63,403 bases of DNA, filler included, from Sphacelaria rigidula (GCA_964200075.2; 11 parts of 11 records of this genome joined end to end with filler, not necessarily neighbours in it); one strand, 5' to 3'. Counted from the whole stretch's first letter, positions 1 to 12,426 are shown. Numbers and translations are program-made. The notes: a model not told the origin generated them from the letters alone.

Positions 1-699
1 TTCATGACCACTGTAGGGAAATCCTGTGCAGCGTCCTGTGCTACGCTGAAAAACACTGTGCAGTAAATTTCCCGCCAGAAAACACTGCGCAGGGTACGTG
101 AACCCTGTAGACCCCCTCCACAGGGTGCTATCTGTCCACGTGTGTGGATACAGTCGACACGCAACCGATAGAGGAGCTCAGCCGCGAAGTGCGCACCATG
201 CGGGGCGAGAACGATCAAGCGATGTCAAGTTTGCGCAACGAAAACCGACAATCTTTCGCACAGGTCCTGGAACAGCTGTTCGGATTGAAGGACGCCCCCT
301 CCAACCGTCACACCGCTGCGCCGCCGCAATCGTCGTCGGCAGCCTGGCAACAGCACAACCCGCCTTTCGTGCAACAGTCTCCATCGCCAGAACGGCAGCC
401 AGCATACAGCCCCTTCACCACGCCAGCTGCCTTCGCCGGAGCCGCAGGATCCTTCGTCGGGAGTAGACGTCACCAGCCCGCATTCGCGCCCGGGCTACTG
501 GCATAATCATCGTCTCCGTACTCTGCTGCTGGTCCTCCACACTCGGGTTTCGAGGGTGAAAGGACGGAGGAATTACGCCTCCAGAGAAAAGCCCAGCACA
601 AGACACGAGTAGACGCTTGGAAGAAAACACAAACGCGGGTGATCTGGGCGTTGCGCGGGAGAATTCCACACGCAATGACGAAGAGCGAACTGCAGGGCC

Positions 700-1620
700 T
701 TGTGGGCGATCCTTCTCGTTACTACCAACGTCTTCACCGCCCTGTCGGAAATGGGTGGGTTCAACGTGATGGATTTCGCTCCGCGTAGCCGATATTACTC
801 GTCAGCGTCTATCTCGATCGTCGACCGTCTGGTGCTGGTGAAGCACGGAATAGCAAAACTGCTACGTGCCGGCCTTGAGGCTAGCCACCCTCAGGCTGAC
901 GGAGAATCGGCTACATGCAACCAGCGCATATCCCAGCTGGAAGCGGCGTTTGACAACGTATTGCAGATATTTCGCATGTATACGATGACCCGGGCTGTGC
1001 TGGTCGAAGAAAACTCTGCAATGTTCGAGAAAATGATCAACACGGACCTGCGGGGATGGACAGAGGCCATGACCAACGAGTCCCATTTTTTCCTGGCTCA
1101 ACACGACTCGCCCCCACCATCAGCAGCAAGCATCCCGATGATGCCAATCCCAACCTTCCCGACTCTGCAACATTATCTTGATCCTGGACATATGTCGGTG
1201 GAGGAGAATTTCGAGCAAAACCGCAGAAAACGGATTGCCCCGACTGGTGGTGGGACTGGCCCAAGAAAACGGGCGGCGACAACACCCACCGCAAAGCGGG
1301 ACCTCACTTGTTCCAAGTGGTTGGACGGAAAAAGCGGGCTCACCGAGGAGCAGTGTAAATACCACCACGTCGGAGATTTGGGGCGTGACCGAGCCGGGGT
1401 GGAGACAGAGAGGGCCCGTCGTTCGGCACCAGCGAGGGCTGGAGCCGGTAATAGTGGACGAAGGGGCGGTACTCAGGATCGTGATGCACAGGCGGGTAGG
1501 GGTGCGGGAACCACGAGCCAAACTTCCGCGGCACGTAAGGCCCCTGGAGGTCGGGGTACCGCCCGTGGAGGAGGACCAACGGCAGCGACCGGTGGGAATG
1601 CACCACCGACATCTGGATAG
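700..1620 (+). CDS. Gag-like ORF1 of the YR retrotransposon
   Basis: 306-aa ORF immediately upstream of RT. Contains a degenerate CCCH-like finger (CSKWLDGKSGLTEEQCKYHH) followed by an R/G-rich tail. ORF 144-506 is probably its N-terminal part. Confidence 0.65.
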   Translation: MWAILLVTTNVFTALSEMGGFNVMDFAPRSRYYSSASISIVDRLVLVKHGIAKLLRAGLEASHPQADGESATCNQRISQLEAAFDNVLQIFRMYTMTRAVLVEENSAMFEKMINTDLRGWTEAMTNESHFFLAQHDSPPPSAASIPMMPIPTFPTLQHYLDPGHMSVEENFEQNRRKRIAPTGGGTGPRKRAATTPTAKRDLTCSKWLDGKSGLTEEQCKYHHVGDLGRDRAGVETERARRSAPARAGAGNSGRRGGTQDRDAQAGRGAGTTSQTSAARKAPGGRGTARGGGPTAATGGNAPPTSG

Positions 1621-1644
1621 GGGTGCAGGCTCCGCCGAGGATCG

Positions 1645-3034
1645 GTGGGGCCAACGGTGTCGGATGCGGGGCGGCGCGTTACGGAAATACATCGAGGAGG
1701 CTTGAGGGAGCTAGCTCGAGACGCGTTGGCGCGAGCAGACCACACTATTGGCGAACGCGAGCCGCTTGTGCCAGGATCATTGGGGATGCAAAACTCTGGT
1801 TTGTATTGTTCGAATAATATCCCGTTGCTAGACGACTATTCCGCGGATAACGCAGTTTCTGCTGAGATTCTTGACTTGATTGCACAGTGGAAGCACCAAG
1901 TTGGTCGATTGCAGGATGATCGGTATGGTTTAGAACAACTGCGAGTGATAGCACGTATGGGGTCTGAACTCTTGGCAATAACGGGGGGAAATATTGGTGA
2001 TTTGGTGAATATCATTGGGTTTTCGCAATTTGCATCGCATATAGATGTCAGCCGTGTGTCACACTGGTTTCGGGGACTCAAGAAATGCCCCGAAATCGAG
2101 CATTTACTGGGCACTTTGAAACCAGGGGCTGAGGTGAATGTGAACGAGGTCGGCGAGGGACTTTTTGCATTGAAATATGGTAACCACCGCAGCACTATCC
2201 CATATGCTCAACAGTTGCGATCGAAAGTGATAACAGATGTGATGACCGACAGGGCAATTGTTTTCGAAAAAAGTCGCGCCCGCGAAATTGAAAAATTACG
2301 GGTCTCTCCTGTGGGAGTCGTGGACGATAAATTCCGGATCATCCATGATCTTTCTCTCCCCCAACGACCCTGATGAAAATACAAGCATTAACGCGGACAT
2401 GGGTTTTGAATCTGCGCCGCCAGTCGCACTGGGTCACGTACTGAAGGAGGTGGTGTTACGCATTTTTCATCTGCGCCAACCGCAGGGTGCAGCCGCGCGT
2501 GTCGTACTCAGTGAAATGGATGTGAGTGAGGCCTATCGACAGGTACCTATAGATCTTACGGGTGCGCATGTTTTCTGTTATACTGTGGATGACGTAGTGG
2601 TCTCTGATCTGCGGTTGCAATTTGGATGACGGAGTAGTGCCGGTTTCTGGGCATTAATGGTCTCCGCATTGGAATACTCACACAATCACACTATTTTCCG
2701 CGGCGCTCGCATATCGAAACCCGGGCGGGTGGCGTCAGCGGGGATCACAGTGGCGACGCCACGTAATCGGCCCATTGTGCATGTACCGGCCGACTGTGAC
2801 CCAATCCCGGGCGCCGGCGGTTGTATTTCAGACCCATTTTTCGTAAGATACTACGCAGATGACGTAATACTTGTAGAAATCGTCCAGTGGTTAGATTTTC
2901 GTCGATGTTTGCGTGCAATCCAGTCCCTGGCGTCCGACCATTTTCGTTTGTTGAGGAAACGGGGTCCCCGTTGCTATCGGCCCACAAGATGTCTAACTGA
3001 GACATCAGTATGGAAGTGCTGGGATGGGTTTTGA
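1645..3034 (+). pseudogene. Reverse transcriptase (DIRS/Ngaro type), frameshifted
   Basis: Motifs SPVGVV..KFRIIHDLS, MDVSEAYRQVP, DLRLQFG*RSSAGFW and FFVRYYADDVIL (YxDD), split over ORFs 1645-2373, 2258-2629 and 2657-3034. Confidence 0.9.
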
Positions 3035-3158
3035 ATACTGAGGCATTGACGATTTCAATGTCCGGAAAGAAAGTACGCAAATTGCAGGCTCTCGTTACGA
3101 ACTGGCCGCCATTGCGGAAATACGCCACCGTACGAGAAATAGAATCCCTCACGGGTTT

Positions 3159-4039
3159 TTGGTGCACATATCTTTCGTGATTCGTCCAGGACAATTCTTT
3201 GTACGGCGAATATTGCAATCCGTGAACTTGTCCACGGTACATACGGCCAGGGTAGGAATGGCGGAATTTGCCGTGCGTTTAGCAGACCGCAACCGGCGAG
3301 TCGGACTCGGAGCAGAATTTCACGGTGATATGGATATTTGGAGGTGGCTCGCCTCGGACGGTCTATCACTCCTCGGAGGTCAAATGTTTGACCATGCATA
3401 CCAACTTTTGGAGCGGCACCCAGCGCGCTCGTGGTTTTCCGGTGCATCTGCATTGGCTATTGGTGGTTTTTGTTCAGAAACCGGCACGTGGTGGCGGTAT
3501 GATCTGACGCCAGACCAACGGAATCGAATTCGCGGTCACCAAATCCATCACGAGAATGATATTTCCATGGATGTGCTTGAATTGCTGGGAATGGTCATGT
3601 CTGCGTGGATGATGGTGGTTCTCCTTCAAGAAAAACCGAGCGGTACCAAAGATTGCGCCCTTTTGCGTGGGGATAATAAATCTGCTGTGCAATGGATTAA
3701 AAATACCGGGGGGGTGAAGAACCGCGTGCAGGGGCGTTGATGTGTTATTTAAGGGTGCTTGAAATGGCCAGTGGGTGGTATTTCGACGCCAAACATGTCC
3801 CCGGTGTACTAAACAATGTAGCAGATGGTATTTCGAGGTGGCTGCGACAGTCTGTCACCACCAATTTGATTACGTTGCGTCCCGATGTCCCGTGGCATGA
3901 ACAGGTGATAGGAAACCCGGGGATCCAGCTTTGTTCCAACATTTTCGATTCGAGTTTGCCAAACGATCCATTGCACGAACGCCTGAGCAGACATACCAGG
4001 GATATTTTGGGTCATTCGTTCGCTTCCGGCGCGACATGA
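3159..4039 (+). pseudogene. RNase H of DIRS/Ngaro type, frameshifted
   Basis: WFSGASALAIGG (DAS position altered), VLELLG, LRGDNKSAV and AKHVPGVLNNVADGISR in ORFs 3159-3740 and 3737-4039. Confidence 0.88.
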
Positions 4040-5037
4040 ATACCCCGGAGTTTTTGCTTCAAGGGAAACATACAATGGACAATGTGAATGTTATCCTGTC
4101 TTATGTGTCTTACGCCTGCTTAGTGTACGGGTCACAAGCAGCAACAATTGGAAATCATTTAGCAGCTGTTAAGTATTTCCACCAGATATTGTTCAACCTG
4201 GATTTACCTGTTGGGCACGCCTTGGTGCAATATACGCTAAAACGGGTCGAGCGTAGTCACACCGAGGTCGAGAACCAACCGCGAGTAAGGCGCCCTATAT
4301 CTTGGGCAACGTTGTGCACAGCTGAAACGCTGGTGTCACAAAATGGGGACCTGCGGGCCGGGTAATGTTTGGGTCTCGGAATGTCATATTTCTTTCCAAC
4401 CCGCGTATCCGAAATGTCTGCTGAGAACAAACATCGCGTACATCCCGAACATTGCTTGCGTAGGAAGGACGTAGCACGATTTCATGAGGAGCGGCAACTG
4501 GAATGGCCGTTCTGGTTTTTGGCTGATCGCATTGAGGTACGCTTTCGTGCATCCAAGGGTGACCAGATGAAACGGGGGGCGATTGTTACACGTACAAAAC
4601 ATTCCACCAGTCAGAATACGGACAATAGGGATTCTCCGATGCTAGGAGCGGTAGATGTGGTGGTGGAATTGTTGTCTTGTTTCCGGAATTTTCCCGTAGA
4701 TTCAGCGTTAATGACGTATTTACATGGCGATGGGGTACCCGTTTGGTGGACCCAGGATCAGGCCACCAAAGCATTACGGACGTTGGTAGCGGCGGCGGGA
4801 GCAAACCCGTATGGATACGCATTGCACTCCCTACGTATTGGCGGGGCTACTCAACTTTCAGCTGGAGGAATATCGCCCGACATATTGCAGAAAAAAGGAA
4901 GGCAAAAGTCGGATGTCTATAAGACTCGCGTGAGAAAAAATAATGAGAGTGCAAAGGGGGTGTCTAACGCCATAGAAAAGGAGTCGATCGGGAGGCGGAA
5001 GCAACCGGGAGAAGGGACCTGTTGGAATGGTCTGTGA
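3931..5037 (+). pseudogene. Tyrosine recombinase (YR) of the retrotransposon
   Basis: Catalytic motifs R (PTRVSEM), K (SKGDQ), HSLRIGGAT and GRQKSDVY (GRW-x-S-x-x-Y with W replaced by Q). Interrupted near 4330-4368 and overlaps the RNase H end. Confidence 0.92.
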
Positions 5038-5673
5038 AATGATTGGAATACACTTATACATGGTGTGAGAGAAGATAGGCTTTGGCAAACACAGGCGAGG
5101 CGAATATGTGTATTGGAGGTATGGGGATAATTAACACGAATCTGTGCACTCAGAAGATACTGGCAACGTGGTTTGGTGGCGGGCAGGGACCTACGGTTTT
5201 GCCAGTTGGCGTTGTCAGTTTTTCTTCGTGACCACTTACATTCGGGGTGGCTGGCATTTTGGAAAAATGCTCCCAACCCCCACACCTGCCCTGTGCACAG
5301 GGCTTTTATTAATAGTGCACAAATTCGAATGCCGAGTACGAAGCGAAATATTCCCAATCGAGGAAATCTGTGTTTTGTGGGAGCGAAAGAATTTCCAATC
5401 GCATCATTGAATTAAATTGAATCACACATGAATCATGTCACATGTGTAATGACGAGTACCCAACAGAAACAGAATGGATCAGGGCTCGAGACGTCTGTAT
5501 AGCTGATACCGAACATCGAAGCGATTGTCATTCAACACGCTGAGAGAGTGGTAGGTAGAGGTAGTAGCATGTTCGGTAGAGTCTAGAAGAGCTATATGGC
5601 TTGAGCACCCAATGCTCAACCAAAAACGTAGAAGGCAATCTCGCACAGCGTCCGCTGTCGAAGATGGAGTAAC

Positions 5674-5773
5674 NNNNNNNNNNNNNNNNNNNNNNNNNNN
5701 NNNNNNNNNNNNNNNNNTTAATTAATTAANNNNNNNNNNNNNNNNNNNNNNNNNNNNNNNNNNNNNNNNNNNN
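5674..5773. other. Artificial 100-bp assembly spacer (first of ten)
   Basis: 44 N + TTAATTAATTAA (stop codons in all six frames) + 44 N. Identical spacers at 11447-11546, 17220-17319, 22993-23092, 28766-28865, 34539-34638, 40312-40411, 46085-46184, 51858-51957 and 57631-57730. All intervening segments are 5673 bp. Confidence 0.98.
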
Positions 5774-5827
5774 GTTGATTCTCATTTCAAAATACGTTCT
5801 TATTTTTCTGGCAACCCTGTTCTATGG

Positions 5828-5869
5828 CTAGGTTTAGGGTTAGGGTTAGTGTTGGGGTTGGAGTCAGGG
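5828..5869 (+). repeat. Short degenerate interstitial telomere-like (TTAGGG)n tract
   Basis: ctagg tttaggg ttaggg ttagtg ttgggg ttggag tcaggg. Confidence 0.6.
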
Positions 5870-6377
5870 GCGTGGTACCTGCAGGGACTGGCTCGATTGG
5901 TTTTGAAAACTGTCGATCGTGAGGCATTTTGAACAACGGCGCGGTCCTCTAAGCACGCGGTCCTCTCACGCATCACAGTTACATTCTCCAAAACCTTCTC
6001 ATGCAGCCTATGTCCACACGGCCGCATCCACCAAACGATTGCATCTACTGCTTCTTCCTCGAGATAGCTTGATATCAGTAAGACAAAGTAATGCAGGTCG
6101 AGGGACATTGGTTTCACCCGAATACTAACGCACCCGAGTAATGAGGTCGCCATCTTTCGTGGAACCAAACAACCTTTCATCTCTCTGCCACTGCAGCACC
6201 ACTCTTCAAAGGCGAGCATAGATCGGGGACTCGATCTCCGAGGGGGGTGGGAGGGAAAGACGAAACCGTGGAAAACTTACAACATACGGCCTAGGTAGAT
6301 GAAATACATCATCACTACATGCGCAACACCACGGGCGAGCACACAATGTCTCATCCTACAAGAACTGTGACACATGA

Positions 6378-6442
6378 CGTATATTATCGGCCGGCGTATA
6401 TTATCGGCCGGCGTATATTATCGGCCGGCGTATATTATCGGC
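6378..6442. repeat. Perfect 17-bp tandem repeat (CGTATATTATCGGCCGG x ~3.8)
   Basis: Read directly from the sequence. Contains the stop codon of the minus-strand Ulp1-like ORF. Confidence 0.95.
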
Positions 6443-7604
6443 TGAAAGTTGAAACCGTGGCGACCCGAATTACGTAGGAAGGATTTACAACATCAAGGAA
6501 ACGTTTGCCCGGCATCCTACGTTTATACGTCAAATTCACGAGGGTTCCGACGTTAGTGGAGGAGGCGCAGGTTGATGCACAAGCTTGAAACCGGACATTC
6601 GCCGTCGATGCAGTCACTTCTCCCTTCAGGATATCAGCTGCTATCCTCATCCTTATGTCGGTCGTCCGCCATCCCCCGTCGTGTCCAAGCTTTGCGGGAT
6701 CCCGGTCAATCACTCCCACGTCGGCCCTCAAGAGATTTGCAAATGCACATGTGAATACTCCACACGAACTTCCATCGGTCTGTTAAGCGGAATATCCACA
6801 GCGTTTATGTCATTGAGTCAGTATCAGAAACGGTGGCAACAATCCTCGACTGCCGTGGTTACCTACTGGCACATTGAGATCCTTCCAGGTTGCTGGTATC
6901 ATTCGATATCTGCTGGATCCTGCGCGGATACCATAATTTTGCGCACAATATCGGGGAACGAAGCCGAGCGCCGGAAGGCGCCTCATATATCGCAACCGTG
7001 GGGTTGGGGGAATCAATATGCCATAATTTCCAGTGCTGTACGATGCAGGAATCTGAGAAAGAAGGCTTGAAGCGCTTGGCAACCTGCTGAGGAGTGCTCT
7101 TGGGGGTTGTGCCAGTCCGCCATGTAGTGGGATCGGCCGCAAGATCTGCCTCAGCGTACTCGTCCGCGAGCCATACCAAGAGTTTTTCCATCAGTTCCTT
7201 CGGCGGCTGATCCGCCATACTGTCGTAGCATGTGATAGCCTGCGGGCGAGGGACAAACACCGACTGTGAGTTGAGCATCACATCTATCGGATGCAGTGAT
7301 TGCATCCGTTTGACCGCAGTAATATCGTTGAAAGTGCGTCAACGTCGCGGACTCCACCATATCTGTACTGCACAAAAAAGGCCGTCCGTGGTGGTTGGAC
7401 GTTTTGACGCGCTGCCCCACACCCGGTCGCATCGCTGGAGACATGTAGGAGGCCTACTGTAATGCGTGAGAGGTCTACGTGTGAAGAAAAAACGCATTGG
7501 TGTTGAACGTGTGACGTCCTCGCCCCTCCTCACCTTAATCGGCACACCCACGACGAGCAGACACCAATGGCTGGCGTCCTTGTTGTGTGGGATGAAGATC
7601 TTCC
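6435..7604 (-). CDS. Ulp1/SENP-like (peptidase C48) cysteine protease, last three exons (~7600-7534, 7239-7084, 6779-6435)
   Basis: Joining two phase-0 GT-AG introns (7533-7240, 7083-6780) gives IFIPHNKDASHWCLLVVGVPIK|AITCYDSM...WLADEY...TPQQ|TDGSSCGVFTCAFANLL...IRMRIAADIL. This has the His, Asp, oxyanion Gln and Cys of the C48 family in the correct order. Confidence 0.88.
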
Positions 7605-9054
7605 CTACCCTTCGTGGGAGATGGGTCCTTAGTGCAGGAAGCACCACAAACCAATAGGAATAAACAGACAGGAGGACACACCGGGAGCGTTATTCGCAAG
7701 CATCTGACATCACAGGCATGTCATGGGTTCGGTTGCCCCGGGGCCACCAGTTGATCGTTCCCCGAGACGCGACGATATCCCGCAATTTTGCCAGTGCCGC
7801 GCGGTCGTGAGTTTTACGGCATCTGTCAGTCCGCGCAGTCTTCGCGGCGTGCGAATGAACGTCAAGAGCATCTTCGACAGTGGATGTTTGATAATGTCAT
7901 GGCCAACACGAGAATCCGTGCTCACCGTAGGGTGATTGTAAGTCCCTTCGATCGGCCGCAGTCGTAGGGAACGGACCCTACAGTGTCCCCCAACATGAGC
8001 GTCAGTAGATTGGTTGACATAAAGAATGACGGCATATTTCCAGTTTCCACACGACACATCTGTCATGCTCACACGCTGTTCTCGGAAGGGGTCCGGGGAG
8101 ATGGTGCGAGGAATTGCCGGTGTGAATACCAGACTTTGAACGCCGTCCCGTCTGACAGCGGGCGAACCTGGAGTCAGCATGATCGAATCCAGAATCGTTT
8201 CAAACATATCCTGTCAGCAAGTGAAGGAATTCCCATCTACCATGCACGGTGGTTTCACCATCGTGCAGGGGTGGTCCGGCCTGTGGGGTGAGATCGAAAA
8301 TAAATACCACACTCTTCGGCGCGTAAACCTCGTGTGTCGGGCTGCGTAGCCCGTTCCAAACTAGATGAAGTTTCTCGATGCCGCATCAACGTGGGCGGTG
8401 TATTGGGAAAATGGTTCGCATCGGTTGCATAGGCGCATCATCCTCCGTGACACGTATATCTACCCCAAAATGTTGGTCTTAGACGCACACGATAACGAGT
8501 GTTACTGCTTTTCGTTCGACAGTGCCTACCACGACAAAGTGAACATATTCAGCGGGGTGTTGACAACGCCACTGCTTGCCACTTGTGGGTACGGGGGACC
8601 GTCGTTAGCGGCGCACGCCACAATATGTTCTAGCAGCGCGGTTATTTCGAAGTTTCCGCGATAGTAGCGCAAGCATGCATATGCACTGGGGCAAGATGTT
8701 CTTCAAGGTGTGGGCAGCCCATATCTCACTTTCGTGTCGCGCTCCTCCAGAAGAGCGAGGTACGCGTTGATTACATCGCCCTTGACCCATTTGCCCGTCT
8801 TCAGGCTGTGCGCAAGGGCAACGTTGACAAGCGTGCTATTTATTTCATTCCAATGTTTTCATCGGTTGTGGGCTGATCTGTTGACCCTCGATCGATATCC
8901 TTAGACCTCACGTCATCGGTGGATTTGTTGCTTACAATATCACATTTTCTGCGGTCTATGAGGTCAGGGCATGTCTCGCGGGGGAGCGACGCAAGAGCTC
9001 GACGGCGGGCACTGTTTCCGGGGTTGCACATAGAACAAACGCACCCACCCCCCC

Positions 9055-9105
<51 letters not shown>

Positions 9106-10146
9106 ACCCACCAAGCACCGATGAAAACGGTGGTCGGGATTCAAGGTCATGGCAATACAAGTGGGCTGTCTCCGATCTGCCACATGTCGTTGTACTGTCG
9201 GGATGTAGGACGCACATACCTTCAGTTCTCCGAACGTGACCCTCAGCGGCATTCGATTCCTACGTGCGCCTGTGATCGAAACCGCGACATTTGTCCGTGA
9301 TTGCTGAAAGGCGTGGTGAACCTGACAGCAAGTGGAGAAAAACAGCCGCGCGTTTCATTATGTCATAATTTTGAAGTATGGCATGGCCCTTACTTAGGCG
9401 TTCAGGCGTCCGGCGACCATCTTAGGTTCATGGTTACCTCGTGAATTTCGGCCATGGTGATTGTTTCAATGGTAGTACTGATGGTGGCTGCCGATCCTCC
9501 TTTTTGGGGGCTGGTTCTGGAGGCGTCGCGGGTGTCGAGGGCATTGGGGGTGCACGGTTACCATTTCTCAAGCAGCATCATGCATTAGGAACGGTGGACA
9601 CTTATGGTCCCCTCTCTATATTACTTGCACACTTTTGGACCGTCAACTCATGCGTGCATCATCACACCTGCACGTCCTATCGCCACTCTTACTCCTAAAT
9701 CTGTGGACGGCGTGCATTTTGTTGCTCTCCTGTATACAAGTATGCAACAGACGGGGTGATTGTTCGTTGAAGTGGAGAGATCACAACAAACTTCGCGCCA
9801 AGGTGTATCACCTGCGTGAGGTTTAGAGCAGTTGGCGTGCAAAGATGCGTTTCGTGCGTACCTTTCCCCCGATGGGTGTCGACCGCGGCGCTATTCGTCG
9901 CGGGTCCTGCACGTGGGTGTTTCCGGTCCCTGCTTCTGCCTCTGTTGACAAGCGTGGAGTGGTAGCTCGTCGCAGGCGTGTTGCCTAATGTGTTGCCCAA
10001 CCCACTGTCGGGGCTGGTGTTGTGGCAGTTCATGGTGTGCAGTACGTCACTCCTGATGTAAAGAAACATGTTCTCCTGGCTCCGGCAGTGATCGCCATCT
10101 AGCGAAGGTAGACGCACGGCCTCACTATCTTCAAGAGTGTTGTATG

Positions 10147-10884
10147 TCATCCATCACCCCTCCTCGGGAAGAAAAAACTGTTTCTCAAAGCGATATCCTC
10201 CACTCGTGATGTAGAGGACGCCGGATAGGCATGCCGCAAGACGATGTGATGGCGCCACGCCTTTGTCTTCTGAGCTCTGTGTGGCACGGATTGAGTCATT
10301 GCAAGGAATAACTCTGGTTGTCCCGATTCGAGGCTTGTTCTCGTAGTACCGTGTACAGTATCATTTGACACATTCCCATTGCGGTAGCACAGGTAACACG
10401 TTCTCTCTTCTGGCTGCGATGCGCCCCCGATTCCGTCTTCTGGTGCCATGGAGTCGAATCCCTCCTAGACGATCGGTCTCCCGTGCTTATCTGTATCTAG
10501 CTGGAGCGGTATTGGGTCCGTTCCCCTGAGCCAGGCCTCAGGTGCGATCTTCTCAGTTCGGTGGACGGGACATTCGCATATCAAACGCTCGTGTACCAGG
10601 CCCAGAGTCTGGTGTGTCTTCAGCACGATCTCCGCCGTCTCCACGTCGCATCCCGCGAGCGGACACTCTCGTGCCAGCGCCTGCAACACGTTCACAGGCT
10701 CCCCTATCTTATCCAGGCCTCCGCTTGAGCCCGACATCGAGTGCCACTCGTCACGAGGCCGTGCCCTTTCATCCCGCAGGCGTCTCTGCAAACGGCGATA
10801 TGCAGCTGGTGTTATGACGAACACTGCTCTCCGAGCAATGGTGAGCGGCGATTCTATCGTAGGAGGTTTCGCAGCACTTTTCAC
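10147..10884 (-). pseudogene. Uncharacterised Cys/His-rich reading frame upstream of the Ulp1-like exons
   Basis: ORFs 10465-10884 and 10147-10449 are in the same frame, separated by one TAG. Contains CxxxxC, CxC-xx-H, CYLC and HHIVLRH motifs. Function not identified. Confidence 0.35.
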
Positions 10885-11891
10885 CTGAATCAGGGGTAGT
10901 TGCTACTTTTTCGCTGTCCACGGTTTTGAACGCTAGTTCCACATGACACTTCTAAACCCAGCGAGCGTTTGATCCCATCGATTTGAACTCGATACATGCC
11001 GGGGATCCGACCCGCGGCCCAAAAGTAAATCGTTTCTGCACTCAACGTAGAATGAGTGGCGGGCCGACCGTTTTCCGGAGGTCTAATTAGTACTCAGAAT
11101 CAGGTTCAGAAACATGAGTGCGGACTGTCACTTGAAGCAATCCCGATCATTATCAGAATGTCATATACATAACTACCTTTCCGTTGCGCTAGACCCGAAA
11201 AACACTTTGTAGTCCTGTGACTGTCGATAACAGACTCCTCCCCCTGAATACGAAGCACCTATTCCACATCAACCCCGGCAGCAACAACGGAGAGGATCGT
11301 GTCCTGAACGCGGCGTGCTTCGTTCCCCAAAACCTACTCGTGCTACCGTATGACTCTTGACTGCGGGCGAAAGAATATTACGCGAGGTTTATCAGAGAAG
11401 AATGAAAAAACAGCACTTGCCCGACCGACCTCTGCATAGCACGGACNNNNNNNNNNNNNNNNNNNNNNNNNNNNNNNNNNNNNNNNNNNNTTAATTAATT
11501 AANNNNNNNNNNNNNNNNNNNNNNNNNNNNNNNNNNNNNNNNNNNNTACCTATACCCACCCCTCCCCCTCGGGACGGGCGTTTGGGGGTTTTCCAGGGGG
11601 GGGGGGGGGGGGGGCGTAGGGGGGGTGGTATATTTCGCGTGCGCGGTAAACACCGTTTTCGACGATAGATATCGCAAGCTGGCGGAAGAAACACGGCGGT
11701 ACCCCCCCTGACCCATCTGCCCCTCTTCTTGTGTAGAGCTTTGCTCATGTCATCAGTCATTGTCCAGAAGTCGAACCATTGTTCATCTCTGTGCATATAT
11801 ATATAACGGGGTACCTCCGTTGTCACTCAAACCTCGATCGAAATGTCTTGTCGAACACTCGTCGGGCTATATAAATTGTCTCTGGATTGGT

Positions 11892-12139
11892 GACACTTTT
11901 TACGATAGCCCCCGCCAAAAAAGTGCATGGTTTTGGCAGGCAAAATCTTCGCGAAAATCGAAATGGGAAAAGCCGAGCACGACGAGAAGCTGGGAATTCC
12001 CACGCTTGGCTTCGTTCTAGCCAATGTCGCCAATATGAGGCCCTTCATGCAGTCTAAACCCGGAAATCAGGCGCTGTATGGCCATTTGTTTCGTGACACT
12101 TTTAGCTGGTTTTGGGGGGGGGCTATCGTAGAAAGTGTC
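11892..12139. mobile_element. MITE-like element with ~29-bp terminal inverted repeats
   Basis: Left end gacactttttacgatagcccccgccaaaa versus reverse complement of right end gacactttctacgatagccccccc(c)aaaa. No TSD resolved. Confidence 0.6.
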
Positions 12140-12153
12140 TGGTGTGATGATGA

Positions 12154-12426
<273 letters not shown>

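Larger units (their letters stand above)
144..5037 (+). mobile_element. Tyrosine-recombinase retrotransposon (Ngaro/DIRS-like), degenerate copy
   Basis: Collinear gag-like ORF, RT, RNase H and an overlapping tyrosine recombinase, with no aspartic protease or DDE integrase. Several frameshifts and in-frame stops. Termini not resolved. Confidence 0.92.

Noticed and set aside
3931..5037. Phage or integron integrase
   Set aside because: Directly coupled to RT/RNase H and gag, which is the architecture of a YR retrotransposon.
5828..5869. True chromosome end
   Set aside because: Only ~7 degenerate units, with the G-rich strand pointing into the segment, so interstitial.
5800..6219. RING-finger protein (PCGHRLH)
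   Set aside because: Only the central motif is present. Flanking CxxC pairs are not found in frame.
6378..6442. 17-bp repeats as a CRISPR array
   Set aside because: Units are directly adjacent with no spacers, there are no cas genes, and the context is eukaryotic.
8840..9252. Poly-Pro/poly-Gly ORFs (also 11491-11826 and 54648-54902)
   Set aside because: Produced by homopolymer C/G runs that may be mis-sized by sequencing. No coding support.
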